Numbered from the stretch's first letter, positions 38,504 through 50,289 are shown. The stretch: 64,000 nucleotides of DNA from Heterodontus francisci (GCF_036365525.1 NC_090375.1:199445864-199509863); one strand, 5' to 3'. The notes: generated by a model from the sequence alone, not told the origin. Translations and numbers: made by a program.

Positions 38504-40511
38504 TACTCCTAAATAAGTCCAATACAGGCTGATGCTGCAATCAGGAATATTTGGTGTGGAGCGCTGCTCGAAGTGAGCACAGATCAGCAAGTTACAGACC
38601 CACAGTCTGTAAGTTCTGAACCTTAATCTTAATGGGACCACAACTTCCCAATCCAAGCTCCTTGACAGCACAAACACCAAGTCTCACCATCGTGACATTA
38701 AGTTGCTATTTCCGCAGAAATTTCAGGTGCTAACAGGAAATTTATCCCTGGGCTGTTTAGTATTAGCAATGCCATCATACAAAAGACTCAATGGGGACCA
38801 AATTCCACATATCTTCGAACAGGCATATGCCAAAGGGCCTGAAATGGGACACCAGGTTCTGGGGACCCAGTCTGAGACAGCTAACACCTGTCCTGAACAC
38901 GGACTTCTGTGTAACAGTGGGGACCATGAGCAGGAACAGGAACTCCTTCGCCATCAGCAGATCAGAGCCCCCTGTGAAAATCTGACAACTGGTATTTGTG
39001 GAATCGACCTGGGACTGGAATTGGCTCTAGGCCTGGTCCTGGTCATGGGCCTGGGCCTGCGACTGTGTCCTTGAAGGTTTTTTAAAGGTTTAACTGTTTT
39101 AGTCCCTTTATAAAGGGGTCCAATGGTGGCAATTCTAAGAAGTTTTTGGAGGTGGGGGGAGGGGACATTAACTCCAGAACCCATGAAGTCTCATAACATC
39201 AGGTCAAACATGGGCAAGGAAACTTCCTGCTGATTACCGCCTGCCACCCTCCCTCAACTGGTGAATCAGTGTTCCTCCATGTTGAACACCACGTGGAATA
39301 AGCACTGAGAATGGTAAGGACACAGAATGTATTCTGAGTATCTCACCTCCTGACTCCCCAAAGCCCGTCCACCATCTACAAGGCGCAAATCAGGAGTGTG
39401 ATGGAATACTTTCCACTGGCCTGGATGGGTGCAGCTCCAACAACACTCAAGAAGCTCGTTACCATCCAGGACAAAGCAGCCAGCTTGATTGCCACGCCAT
39501 TCACAACCTTAAATATTCACTTCAATGTTCATCACCAAGACTGGCTTGGTAGTACCACTACTGACCGAGCTGGCAGAGTGGGCCTGCGGAAGGGGGTGAA
39601 AGAACAAACACAAGGAAAAAAACTACTTGACCTCATCCTCAACAATTACCTGTCACAGATGTATCTATCTACGACATCATGAGTATGAGTGACCACTGCA
39701 CTGACCTTGTGGATACAGGATCCAGTCTTCACACTGAGGATACCATCCATCATGTTGTGTGCCACAACTGTACTAAATGAGATAGATTCAGAACAGATCT
39801 AGCACTCAAAAATTGGGCATCCATGAAGCACTTTGGGCCTTCGGTGCCAAGTTGATGATCCATCTGATCCTCCTTCTGAGCTCCCCAGCATCAAAGGTAA
39901 CAGTGTTCAGCCAATTCGATTCACTCCAGGCGATATCAAGACATGGATGAACACATTGGATGCATCAAAATCTATGAACCCTGAGAACATCTCAGCTGTA
40001 GTACTGAGGACTTGTGCTCCAGAATTAGCTGTGCCCCTAGCCAAGCTTTAGCAGTGGAGTTATAACACTGGCATCTACTCGACAATATGAAAAATTACCC
40101 ATTTTGTCGTGTGCACAAAATACACAACAAATCCAACCAGCAATTGCCACCCCATCAGTTAATCATCAGCAAAGTGATGAAAGGTGTCATTGGCAGTGCT
40201 ATCAAGCAGCACATACTCATCAATAACCTGCTCACTGATGCTTAGTTTGAGTTCCACCATGACCACGCAGCTCCAGACCTCATTATAGCCTTAGTCCAAA
40301 CATGGACAAAACAGCTGAATTCCAGAGGTGAGGTGAGAGTGACTGCCCTTGACATCAAGGCAGCATTTGACCAAGTGTGGCCACAGCAGAAGCAGCAGCC
40401 CTAAGGTCAATGGGAATCGGAGGAAACTGTCTACTGGCTGGCATCACACCTAGCAAAAAGGAAGATGGTTGTGGTTGGATTTCCTCAGGGTAGTATCCTA
40501 GGTCCAACCAT

Positions 40512-40869
40512 TTAGATTTTTTTAGATTTAGAGATACAGCACTGAAACAGGCCCTTCGGCCCACCGAGTCTGTGCTGAACATCAACCACCCATTTATACT
40601 AATCCTACACTAATCCCATATTCCTACCACATCCTCACCTGTCCCTATATTCCCCTACCACCTACCTATACTAGGGGCAATTTATAATGGCCAATTTACC
40701 TATCAACCTGCAAGTCTTTTGGCTTGTGGGAGGAAACCGGAGCACCCGGAGGAAACCCAGGCAAACACAGGGAGAACTTGCAAACTCCACACAGGCAGTA
40801 CCCAGAATTGAACCCGGGTCACTGGAGCTGTGAGGCTGCGGTGCTAACCACTGCGCCACTGTGCCGCCC
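40512..40869 (-). mobile_element. Full-length HE1-like tRNA-derived SINE
   Basis: Minus strand begins GGGCGGCACAGTGGCGCAGTGGTTAGCAC (A box) ... GGTTCAATTC (B box), with a (CTAAA)n tail. Confidence 0.9.
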
Positions 40870-41292
40870 TTCAACTGCTTCATCAATGACCTTCCCTCCA
40901 TCATAAAGTCAGAAATAAGGATGTTCACTGATGATTGCACAGTGTTCAGTACCATTTGCAACTCTACAGTTAATGAAGCAGTCTGTGCCCACGTGCAGCA
41001 AGACCTGGACAGTATTCGGGCTTGGACTGTTAAGTGATATTCACATCACACAGTCCCAGGCAATGACCATCACCAACAAAAGAAAGTCTAACCATCTCCC
41101 CTTGATATTCAATGGCATTATCATCGCTGAATCCCCCACCATCACCATCCGGGAGGTCACCATTAAACAAAAACTTTACTGGACTGGAGTAGCCATATAA
41201 ATACCGTGGCTGCAAGAGCAGGTCAGAGGTTGGGAAATCTGAGGTAAGTAACGCACCTCCTGACTCCCCAAAGCCTGTCCACTATCTACAAG

Positions 41293-42198
41293 TGTTATGA
41301 TCCTGCAGTTTTTCTTTCGGGAAGATTATGGTGTGCCTTTCAGGCTGGAAAAAGAGCACTACTGATTTAAGGCAACTAGCTCCAGAGACTGAGTCAAAGA
41401 ATACATTCTCATTGCTGGGATAGAGCCATTTGAGAACAAGCTCCAGAAATTGAGTCTAAGCATGCATTCTCTTTGCTAGGATACAGCTACTCAGGACCAA
41501 AGACACGAGATACATTGTTGCCAATTGACGTTTGAAACTAGTTAAAACTGGCTTTGGAGAGACAGTTAACAGAAACAGACAGATAGCTGGACCAGCATGT
41601 ATTGAAGGAAATGAGAGCTCTCTCTCTGTTTATTTAAATCCTATTATAATACTCCCAGAATTCTGATATCAAGTCAGATTAATTTCTTAAAAAGAAAATA
41701 ACCAATTCCTTTAACTACTGAACTGTAATTGTTGAAATTCATTGCTGGGGAAGGAAAGCATCACTTCAGCGGTTGAATTGGACTATGGACTGTTCTACTG
41801 TTGAAGAACCTTTTTTCCCCCCAGCGGATGGTTGTAAGGACTTCAAGCAACCTTGGCCTATTCCGGATTGGAAGATTTGACTTCAGCAGGAGTGTAAATA
41901 TGCAAGGACACTAATGTTTCTATTTTAAATGTTGTTTATATCTTAGTAGTGTCTAAGAATTTCGTTTTTCTATTTAAACAGTTAATTTATTGATCTAAAG
42001 ACACCTGGTTTGGTCAGCCTCATTCGGGGGTTAATAGATGATCAACTTGTCTGTGGTTTTCTTTAATTTGGAAAGTTTAAAGTGATATATTAGGCGATCT
42101 GTGGAGGGACGGGATTGAATCAACAGTGTGCTTCTCCCACCACAATCAGAATCGTATATTTTGATTGGGGGCTTTGACTTGAACAGTCGGTCCTAGCA
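41293..42198. mobile_element. Solo LTR (906 bp) inserted in the CR1 element
   Basis: TGTTATGA...TCCTAGCA termini with an exact 4-bp TSD CAAG (41289-41292 and 42199-42202); removal restores ctacaaggcacaagtcagg, as in the copy at about 39377. Confidence 0.85.
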
Positions 42199-43382
42199 CA
42201 AGGCACAAGTCAGGAGTGTGATGGAATACTCCCCATTGGTGTGGATGGGTGCAGCACCAACAACACTCAGGAAGCTCATCACTATCCAAGACAAAGCAGG
42301 CTGCTTAATTGGCACCCCATCCACCACCTTTAGCATTCACTCCCTTCACCACCGACACACTATGGCAGCAGTGTGTGCCATCTACAAGATGCTCTGCAGC
42401 GACTCACCAAGGCTGCTTTGACAGTACTTTCCAAACCCGCAACCTCTTCCATCTAGAAGGGCAAGGGCAGCAGGCACTTGAAAACACCATCACCTGCAAA
42501 TTCCCCTCCAAACCACACACCATCCTGACTTGGAACTATATTGCCATTCCTTCACTGTTGCTGGGTCAAAATCCTGGAACCCACCCTACACGGCCTGCAA
42601 CAATTCAAGAAGGCAGCTCACTATCAACTTCTCAACTGCAATTAGGGATGAGCAATAAATACTGGCCTTGCAAGCGACATCCACATCCCCCGAGCAAGCA
42701 AAAATAAAAAACTTGTACTGATCAGTCCCAACATTTCCTTACTGGAGTGTCTGGCATGTTATTGTTTGGCTTTGTAACGATTGAGTAATTTTAACCTAAC
42801 TCATTGCCAGGAAATCCACTGAATCAGACAGAACACCCGGTTTTCAACCCACCCAATATTGTTCTCCATTGACTTCAATGGAAACTAAAATCAGGGAGGG
42901 TATAAATCCAATGTTGTTCCATCCATGAGTTTCCCAATGGGCAGGTTAATTTAAAATTAATCCTGTGTTCAGCACCTCAATCTGTTGCAGTCCAGGTTTT
43001 CACAACTTTCTGTGTGTACGGTGTAAACTTGGAGCTACTGAACCTCTCTGACCTTTTAATGGAAATTAAATGGGCATCAGATAGATGGCAGCAATTCATC
43101 ATGCATTGCACTCCAAGGGCTAAATTGGGCAGCTCTTTCAAAGAGCTGCCAAAAGCATAATGGGCTAACTGACCTTTTTTGCTGTGAGATTGTACGATTA
43201 TATAATTGGAATCAAAGTGCATGCTCGAATGAATCACAGATAGTATCAGCTCTAGGAACCCAGATAACCTCCACACATCTGACACCATTGCAAGAATTTC
43301 CATCTGTCTTCTAGGGACACTGCAGAGACGTGAATCTGTGAGGTTAAACATATGAATGATAAAAGGTTGAAATAAACATTCT

Positions 43383-43410
43383 AGTTATCGTGAACGGGTT
43401 TAATGCTGTG
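43383..43410 (+). other. 12-RSS of J1 (degenerate)
   Basis: AGTTATCGT-12-TGCTGTG; keeps the essential GTG. Confidence 0.6.
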
Positions 43411-43469
43411 GTCTGTGTGCATTGGGGAACAGCATGTTTTCGGCATTGGAACAAAACTGGTTGTGACAG
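43411..43469 (+). CDS. TRGJ: TCR gamma J1 (SVCIGEQHVFGIGTKLVVT)
   Basis: FGxG motif, phase-1 donor ACAG|GTAAAT; the 5' boundary depends on the RSS call. Confidence 0.85.
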
Positions 43470-43477
43470 GTAAATTT

Positions 43478-44212
43478 ACCTAAACTAACCCTAAGACTAA
43501 ACCCACCCCTCAGCATAACCCTAAACCTAAGCATAACCATAACTTAATATGAATCCTCTCAGCCTAACCCTACCCCTCAGCCTAACCTTAACCCTATCCC
43601 TCAGCCTAACCCTAACCCTACCCCTCAGCCTAACCTTAACCCTAACCCTAACTCTGAACCTACTCCTCAGGCTAACTTTAAATGCAACGCTAACTCTAGC
43701 CCGAACCCTAACCCTAGCCCTCAACACCTCACTCTCAGCCTAACCCTAACTCTCAGCTTCGCTCTAACCCTACACCTCAGCCTAACCTTAACCCTAACCC
43801 TAACTCTAACTCTAACCCTCAGCCTAACTCTAAACCTGACCTTCAGCCTAACCCTAACGCTAACTCTCAGCCTGACCCTAACCCTAAACCTCAGCCTAAC
43901 TCTAAATCTAACCCTCAGCCCAACCGTAACCCTCAGCCTAACTCTAACCCTACCCCTCAGTTTAACCCCAAACTCTCAGTCTAACCCTAACTCTAAATCT
44001 AACCCTCAGCCTAACCGTAACCCTCAGCCTATCTCTAACCCTACCCCTCAGCTTAACCCTAACTCTCAGTCTAACCCTACTTCTCAGCCTTAGCCTAACC
44101 CGACTTCTCAGCCTAGCCCTAACCCTCAGCCTAACCCTAACCCTATCCCTCAGCCGAACTCTAACTTTACCTCTCAGCCTAACCCTATCCCTCACACTCA
44201 CCTTAACCCTAA
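43478..44212 (+). repeat. Degenerate telomere-like hexamer array (CCCTAA/CCTCAG/CTCTAA)n
   Basis: About 120 imperfect hexamers with many exact CCCTAA units. Confidence 0.92.
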
Positions 44213-44722
44213 GTGTACCAGGTGGTGGGAAGAGTGCAGCACAAGTCAGTCAGTCGGTGCAATATTGGAGTTGGTGCAACATTGAGAGTGGGAAAACACA
44301 AGTCCTCAGCAATTTGATCGGTAAAGTGTGAAACGGGTAACTTTGCACGGAGATCGCCGGGATGAAATCATGAGGTGTTTTATGTTAATAGATTGCTGTG
44401 AAATTCTTATGCTGGTTACTTTAATTGATATTTGAGTGAGGCCGGGTCAGACGCAGCTTGATGGCCGGCACAGACACGATGGGCCGAAGGGCCTGTTATA
44501 GAGTCATAGAAACAGTTTATGTGCTGTATAACTCTATGACTCTCTATGACAGTGAGTTCAAGGAGACCCGGCTCTGGGTGAGTCCGGACTGACTGTAGCA
44601 CTAAAGCCAGATCCGGTGAAATGGAGAAAATGTTTGTCAGTAACTGACCTGTGGTTTCAGCTGAACCGTGTAATGAGCTAACACCTGGAAACTGATCTGG
44701 CGATTCAGCAGAGTGGGTGGTG

Positions 44723-44750
44723 GGTTATTGTTAGGCAGTGTAACACGGTG
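44723..44750 (+). other. 12-RSS of J2
   Basis: GGTTATTGT-12-CACGGTG. Confidence 0.92.
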
Positions 44751-44807
44751 CTACAACAGGTGCTGCAGCGAAGATCTTCGGCACTGGAACTAAACTCTTT
44801 GTCACAG
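44751..44807 (+). CDS. TRGJ: TCR gamma J2 (TTGAAAKIFGTGTKLFVT)
   Basis: KIFGxG motif, donor ACAG|GTAAGG. Confidence 0.95.
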
Positions 44808-44914
44808 GTAAGGATTTGGTTTGAGGAGCGATGTGAATTACAGTAACTAAACTCGGTGTGCTGTGTAACCGGGTTACTAGTGATGGTAGGTAGTGCAAGG
44901 GCTAGAACAGCGTG

Positions 44915-44960
44915 CGGATCTCTGGAGAATTCGGCACTGTGACTAACCTGGTTGTCAGAG
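44915..44960 (+). pseudogene. TRGJ: Pseudo-J (RISGEFGTVTNLVVR)
   Basis: TTCGGCACTGTGACTAACCTGGTTGTCAGAG closely resembles J1/J2. FGxG is broken (FGTV), the donor is GA rather than GT, and the heptamer-like CAGCGTG (44908-44914) lacks a good nonamer. Confidence 0.7.
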
Positions 44961-45054
44961 GAGCGGGCGATAGTTTTTGGTCACTGCAGTTTGAATGAAG
45001 CAGAGCCTCTGGGGACAGCGGGGAGAAGCCATGGCTTCGGGCCGTGCCTGGCCC

Positions 45055-45082
45055 GGTTATTGTATAGTGATATAGCACAGTG
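45055..45082 (+). other. 12-RSS of J3
   Basis: GGTTATTGT-12-CACAGTG. Confidence 0.93.
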
Positions 45083-45139
45083 CCACCACTGGTGCTTGGA
45101 TAAAGATATTCGGCTCTGGGACTCGGCTCATTGTTTCGG
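45083..45139 (+). CDS. TRGJ: TCR gamma J3 (TTGAWIKIFGSGTRLIVS)
   Basis: TRGJ-typical WIKIF motif, donor TCGG|GTAAGC. Confidence 0.96.
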
Positions 45140-45370
45140 GTAAGCTTTGTGTGAGTGAGGCGACGTGTTTAAGTAGAAGGCTCAGAGAAATGTATTTAAA
45201 TAAATATCACCTGGTGTTTGGGGCAGTCTGTCCAATATTCCCTGTAACTTCGGGTGGCCACTGTAGCAGTCTATCGTGCCAGCTGCCCAGACAGAAATAG
45301 TCCACGGTACTGGCACCAAAACCCCTTGTTCCACTCAGTGTTTTAAGACTCAGGACACGGAGGGCTGCGG

Positions 45371-45398
45371 GGTTTTCGTACAGTGTTATGTCACTGTG
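45371..45398 (+). other. 12-RSS of J4
   Basis: GGTTTTCGT-12-CACTGTG. Confidence 0.95.
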
Positions 45399-45444
45399 GG
45401 AGGGGAAAAGATTTTCGGGACTGGGACTAAACTGATAGTTACAG
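45399..45444 (+). CDS. TRGJ: TCR gamma J4 (GGEKIFGTGTKLIVT)
   Basis: KIFGxG motif, donor ACAG|GTAAGT. Confidence 0.96.
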
Positions 45445-45984
45445 GTAAGTTAATATTCCACTTAATGCAACGCTCCAGTAACAGCTAGGGAGAGATACGG
45501 TAATATATTATAGGACAGCGAGACCGGTATAGAGTTCAGGACATGGAGGTCTTCGGGGCTTGGTAGCGTTACTGACTACAGCATTCTAACAGAGTGAGAA
45601 GTGTTGACTGGATGATCCCGAGCACCTCAAGCTGCCAGTATTGAAACAGGTCACCCTGTAACACCTAGAGATGTATAATGGGGCATTGTGACCATAATTT
45701 ATTGCCCCTGGTTATTGACACCAAGGTCTATGTGTTAGAGACATGCCGCGGGTCAGGGTTTGAAACCGTATGTTTGAAATGTACCGCGCTAATCTGGTTC
45801 TGGGACTCAAGTCGTGTTTACAAGACTTTCCGATTATTACAGTAAGTCTGAGAAATCTGTAATGCTTATTGAGGGAAAACATCCGAAAGTCAGTTATACA
45901 ATGCAATAATAGTTTATAGAAGCAGTGGTAGGTCGCAGGGGCAGTAATAGTTAACAGAGGCAGTATCACCGCTGTTTCCAACTG

Positions 45985-46012
45985 AGATATTGAACAGAAC
46001 TGTGTCGCTGTG
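45985..46012 (+). other. 12-RSS of J5 (weak nonamer)
   Basis: AGATATTGA-12-CGCTGTG. Confidence 0.7.
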
Positions 46013-46061
46013 GTTAATGCACGTATGCAGTTCGGCGATGGGACCAAACTCATTGTAACAT
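46013..46061 (+). CDS. TRGJ: TCR gamma J5 (VNARMQFGDGTKLIVT)
   Basis: FGxG motif, donor ACAT|GTAAGT. Confidence 0.92.
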
Positions 46062-46619
46062 GTAAGTCTGATATCTTTGTCCATACCAGTCCGTGTTCAG
46101 GTGTCTCCCAGCGGCCATGTGCCCGGCGGCTATTGCAAAGCGAAGTACAGATTCTGTTTTTGGCATTGGGGCTAGGCTGGTGGGAGCCGCTGAGTCTTCA
46201 GATCCGCCACTTAACAACACATAGGGAGAGGAGTACACATTCTGCCTCTGTGTAGCATGAAAGGCAGCATTTAGCATAGTCCTGGTGGCGATTAGTTGCT
46301 TTAATTCGTTGGGAATGGCAAGTGGCGAAACCGGGAACTCTTACCGTAACACTAAGGAAACCAGTTAGAGTTCAGATTTAGCTCTGTGCTTTCCCACATT
46401 GAGAATCGCGGCTCCGGGCGAGGTGGTAGTGAATTAGTGATGTTACATTCCTTACAAATCCTGGACATCCCTAGTGGAAATATCGAGAGCCTCAGATATC
46501 CTGGAAGAGCATTACAAACAAGAACTGAGGTCCCAAGCGGTTTAGAATTTGTCTAAATCTGCAGTTGAGGGAGTAGTCACTGACTACTGATGTTGTGTAA
46601 ATAGACTGTAAGAGTAACT

Positions 46620-46750
46620 GGTAGCCCGGGTTGCGGGAAGCCCGCGGGGAGAGAGGCGGCCTGCCCGGCCGGCCGCGCCCGGGTGGCCCCGGAGAGGCGA
46701 GACCAGCAGCGGGATCCGAGCGCCCCCGCCGGCGGGGACTGCGGGATGTT
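46620..46750. promoter_or_regulatory. Short, very GC/CpG-rich island in the J-C intron
   Basis: About 130 nt, strongly GC-rich with dense CpG in otherwise AT-rich DNA; function is inferred only. Confidence 0.4.
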
Positions 46751-47724
46751 CATTGCAGAGCAATCTAACTAAAGAAATCCCGAGATCTACTTCGTGGTCG
46801 GTTTCAATATTAGAGCAGGTAGATTATTTTTTTGTAGTTACTGATTATTTATCGACCATTTACTGTTTGAATTAAACTACTGCTGGTTTCAGTAAAGCTA
46901 CCCCGATCCCTAACAGAAAAGAAACTGGTGACATTGTATTTCTCACACACTTTAGAAAGAATATCCCAGGGAATTAGAGAGGCACGTGTAGAATCTTAGA
47001 ATGATAAACACACATGGCGGCCATTCGACCTGTCCTACCTGTGCCAGCTCTTTGGTAGAGCTATCCAATTAGTCCCGCTCTTTCTGCTCTTTTCCTAAAG
47101 CCCTGTCCATTTCTCCTTTTCAAATATACATTCAATCCCCTTTTGAATCTTCTTCCACCACTCCCACCTCCCCTCCCGCTTTTCCAGCAGTGCATTCCAG
47201 ATCACAACAACTGGGTAATATTTTTTTTACACGTGTGACCTCTAGTTCTTTTGCCAATCACCTTAGATCCGTGTCTGGGAACTGTTTCCCTTCATTTACT
47301 CTATCAAAAACATTCATAATTTAAAATTGTGACATTTAGCTTATTTTACCTCTCCTCGTTCTTCCTCAAGAAAAAAGAATCACTTCACACTTCACTCTGT
47401 TAAATTTCACCTGCCATGTGTGTGTCCATTTTCCCAGTCTGTCTATGGCTCCCTGAAGTCTGTTACTATTCTCCTCACTATTTACTGTAGACGATTTCTC
47501 CTTATTTACTGGAAAAAAAAACCCTTCTGATTTTGGAACGCCTCTATTAAATCTCCCCTTAAACTTCTCTGCTGAAATGAAAACAATCCCAGCTTCTCCA
47601 GTCTCTCCACATGCCTGAAGTCCCTCAGAAATTGGTAATTTGTAATCGGATGGACCTGCAGTTTGACCTCAGCTCAATTTAACCTACTCACATTAAGGGC
47701 GAAACTCTTCATATTCCCGGTCAG

Positions 47725-48005
47725 AGCGCCTTCTCCCCTCCTCTCCTCTCCATTTCCTCCTCTTGCCTCTTATTCTTCCATCTCCCCTCTCCTGTTCTCT
47801 CCCCTCCCCTCTCCTCTCTCCTGTTCCCCTGTCCTCCCCACTCCCATCCTCGCCTCCCGTCCCATTCCTCTTCTATCCCCATCCCCGCCTTTCGTCTCCC
47901 TCTCTCCTTCCCTCTCCTCTTCCTTGTCCCATCCCCTCTCCCCACCACCCCTCACCACCCCCCCCCCCCCCCCACCCCCCGACCTCACCCACCTCTCCTC
48001 GCTCA
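47725..48005 (+). repeat. Polypyrimidine (C/T) low-complexity tract upstream of C exon 1
   Basis: About 280 nt almost entirely C/T, including a poly-C run. Confidence 0.92.
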
Positions 48006-48184
48006 CTTTTGCTTTGAAGTTTGCCAAGGAACTCATCAGGGATTTGAACAAAACGCCAAATATATGTCTAATCTGCAAGTAAGCACACAGATTGAGGAAC
48101 CATTTCTCTTTCAGTAAATCTACAGATTTATATGTGTCATTAGCGGATATGTTTACAAAAAGATCTTGTTTTTTTTACAACCAG

Positions 48185-48499
48185 ACAAACCACCCAAAAA
48201 ACCATCAATTCGCCTGTTCCCTCCGAATGCCCAGGAACTGGAAGACAAGAGCAAAGCCCAAGTAGTCTGTCTACTGACTGGATTCTTCCCCGAAGTTATC
48301 AAGGTTAACTGGGAAATCGCGGGAAAGAAGCCACCTGATGAGAAAGTGTTCACAGACTCGGTGGTGAAAGCGGAGGACGGGAGTTACTCGGTGATCAGCC
48401 GCCTGGAAATCTCCAAGTTAGAGTGGGGGGATGACGACATCTACTGCGCACCGGAGCACGAATCAAACCCAAGCAAACAACTGATTAACTCCAAACTGG
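48185..48499 (+). CDS. TRGC: TCR gamma constant region exon 1 (Ig C1 domain)
   Basis: Acceptor CCAG|AC; (D)KPPKKPSIRLFPP..VVCLLTGFFPEVIKVNW..YSVISRL..IYCAPEHES..SKL; phase-1 donor G|GTACTG. Confidence 0.96.
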
Positions 48500-49713
48500 G
48501 TACTGTCCTCACTGACTCTCATTGTCGAATCTTAGTCTAAAATATATTTCGATCAAAAAACCAAAAACTATTATACGAGGATTCAGGAATAACTAATTTC
48601 GTATAAATCCCATCTTATTAATCAGCTCTCCCACAAACTTCTGAATTTAGACTTGGAGCCTTTCAAAACTTTTACATGGCCTTCTTAAAAAATAGTTTTA
48701 TTTTAAAACTGGCACGCAGTCTATACCCCTGTTGCAGAAAGGGATTGTAGAATTATATCGTTTTATTTATTACAGAACAGGTTCTATCCGATTAAAGTCC
48801 GCTCCACCCGTCTTCCCGCTCCTATCCATCAGATCCGCTCGCTCGGTCCGTCACCTAACTCGGTGTCCCCTAAACAAATCAATTGTTGCTATTGCGAACG
48901 GAATCTAGCAATTCTTTATTCAGATTCTGTTACAGAACTAAGAACACGCTCTCTATCTGAAGCCGCTTAATATAAATGTTGTTGTAACAACGGCGTACTT
49001 TGGGCAATTTGTGACATCGAATGTACAAACATGTTGTAAATGTGACTTTTGTTCAAATACTGCAACCCGACCCGTGTCCAATAGTATAAATGACTGTTTC
49101 ACCTGAGAAATCTCACACTTGAGATTAATAACTATCGGTTTTTACCAGAGCAGAAAATCGTAAACTCTTGAATTCCCGCAAGGTTCTCCCGATCGTCCGC
49201 GTAACTTCCGCGGAAGATCCGCTGCAACTCCGGGGAAAACGGTGTAAAACCGGAACCGGTTCCATTCAACACCAAAGGAGAAAACGGGTTCCTGAATTTC
49301 TCTCGGTGAATGTGGTTTATGCACCAAACGTATAAAAATGCGAAGGGTAAACGGGGACAACATTATCACAGTTGAGTTCAAAGTACCCGATATAGAAGGG
49401 CTGAACCGTGTGTAGGTTCAGGGACTGACAACTGAAGTATTTATTCAGGGAAGAGGGAATGGGTTACAGCCAAGGGCCTAACAGCAGAAAATTATTATCT
49501 TAACACGCTTTAAGCTCCTTACCGAACAGAACTTCCCTGTCTATGAGATTCCGAGCTCCACCACACATCCTTCATTTACTGAAATTCATTGAAGGCATAC
49601 TCCAAATGCACAGACTGTAAAATTCTGTTTTACTCGCCCCCACAAGCTTCTACAATGCTGAATTTTCGGATTGTTTCTAAATTATGTTTCTATCTTTCTT
49701 TCCTCGACTGTAG

Positions 49714-49806
49714 CTACTGTCAAAATCGATACTACCGCAGCTCCCACGTGCCCGCCCGACGATACAGAGAGCACAGATGGAAGTGATTCCCCAATAAGTG
49801 CAACAG
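49714..49806 (+). CDS. TRGC: TCR gamma constant region exon 2 (connecting peptide with interchain Cys)
   Basis: Polypyrimidine+TAG acceptor, 93-nt phase-1/1 exon (A)TVKIDTTAAPTCPPDDTESTDGSDSPISAT, donor ACAG|GTAAAC. Confidence 0.85.
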
Positions 49807-50289
49807 GTAAACAATCCGCGCTGCCAGCCTAAGGCACGGGCACACGGGCACTGCTTTTGCAGCAACTAATCCATGGCGCAAACCGTGAAACTGGACTCCG
49901 TAAATCTGACAATCTGTGGTCGGCACCTGAAAAATGTCCAGGAAAACTGCCACATTGTTAGAAAACCTCACCTGGTCCAGTAACGCCCTTCAGGGAAGGG
50001 AACCTGCTGTCCTTACCCGGTCTTGCCTATACGAACACCAGGCCACTCTAACGGGTTAAATGCCCATGGAAGTGGTCCAGTGAGAGATTCACAAGTGACA
50101 AAAATAATAAGTTGGAAAAGCCGATTTTAAGGCGATGAGAATAGAACTAAAGAAAAGAAACTGGAAATTTTTATTGGCAAAAGAAGAATTGGAAAAGCGG
50201 TGAGAAACATTTAAAATAGTGAACCACAGAGTCCAGGAGAAATATATCCCACCAAAAAGCAAAAACAAACCAGACAGTAAGCTTTCTCA

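Larger units (their letters stand above)
39190..42710 (+). mobile_element. Rearranged CR1-superfamily LINE with nested SINE and solo LTR
   Basis: MEYFPLAWMGAAPTTLKKL occurs twice (39398, 42218); ALDIKAAFDQVW-type RT at about 40340; same family as 21180-22700. Confidence 0.8.

Noticed and set aside
40780-40869. tRNA gene
   Set aside because: tRNA-derived head of a multi-copy SINE, continuous with the SINE body and tail.
29409-43382. D segments or further V segments between V6 and J1
   Set aside because: No paired RSS or Ig-like frame was found; the interval is essentially all transposon remnants.
43527-44201. RV/LT dipeptide-repeat ORFs
   Set aside because: Artefacts of the hexamer array.
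47663-48082. Pro/Ser-rich and Gly/Arg-rich ORFs
   Set aside because: Translation of the polypyrimidine tract.
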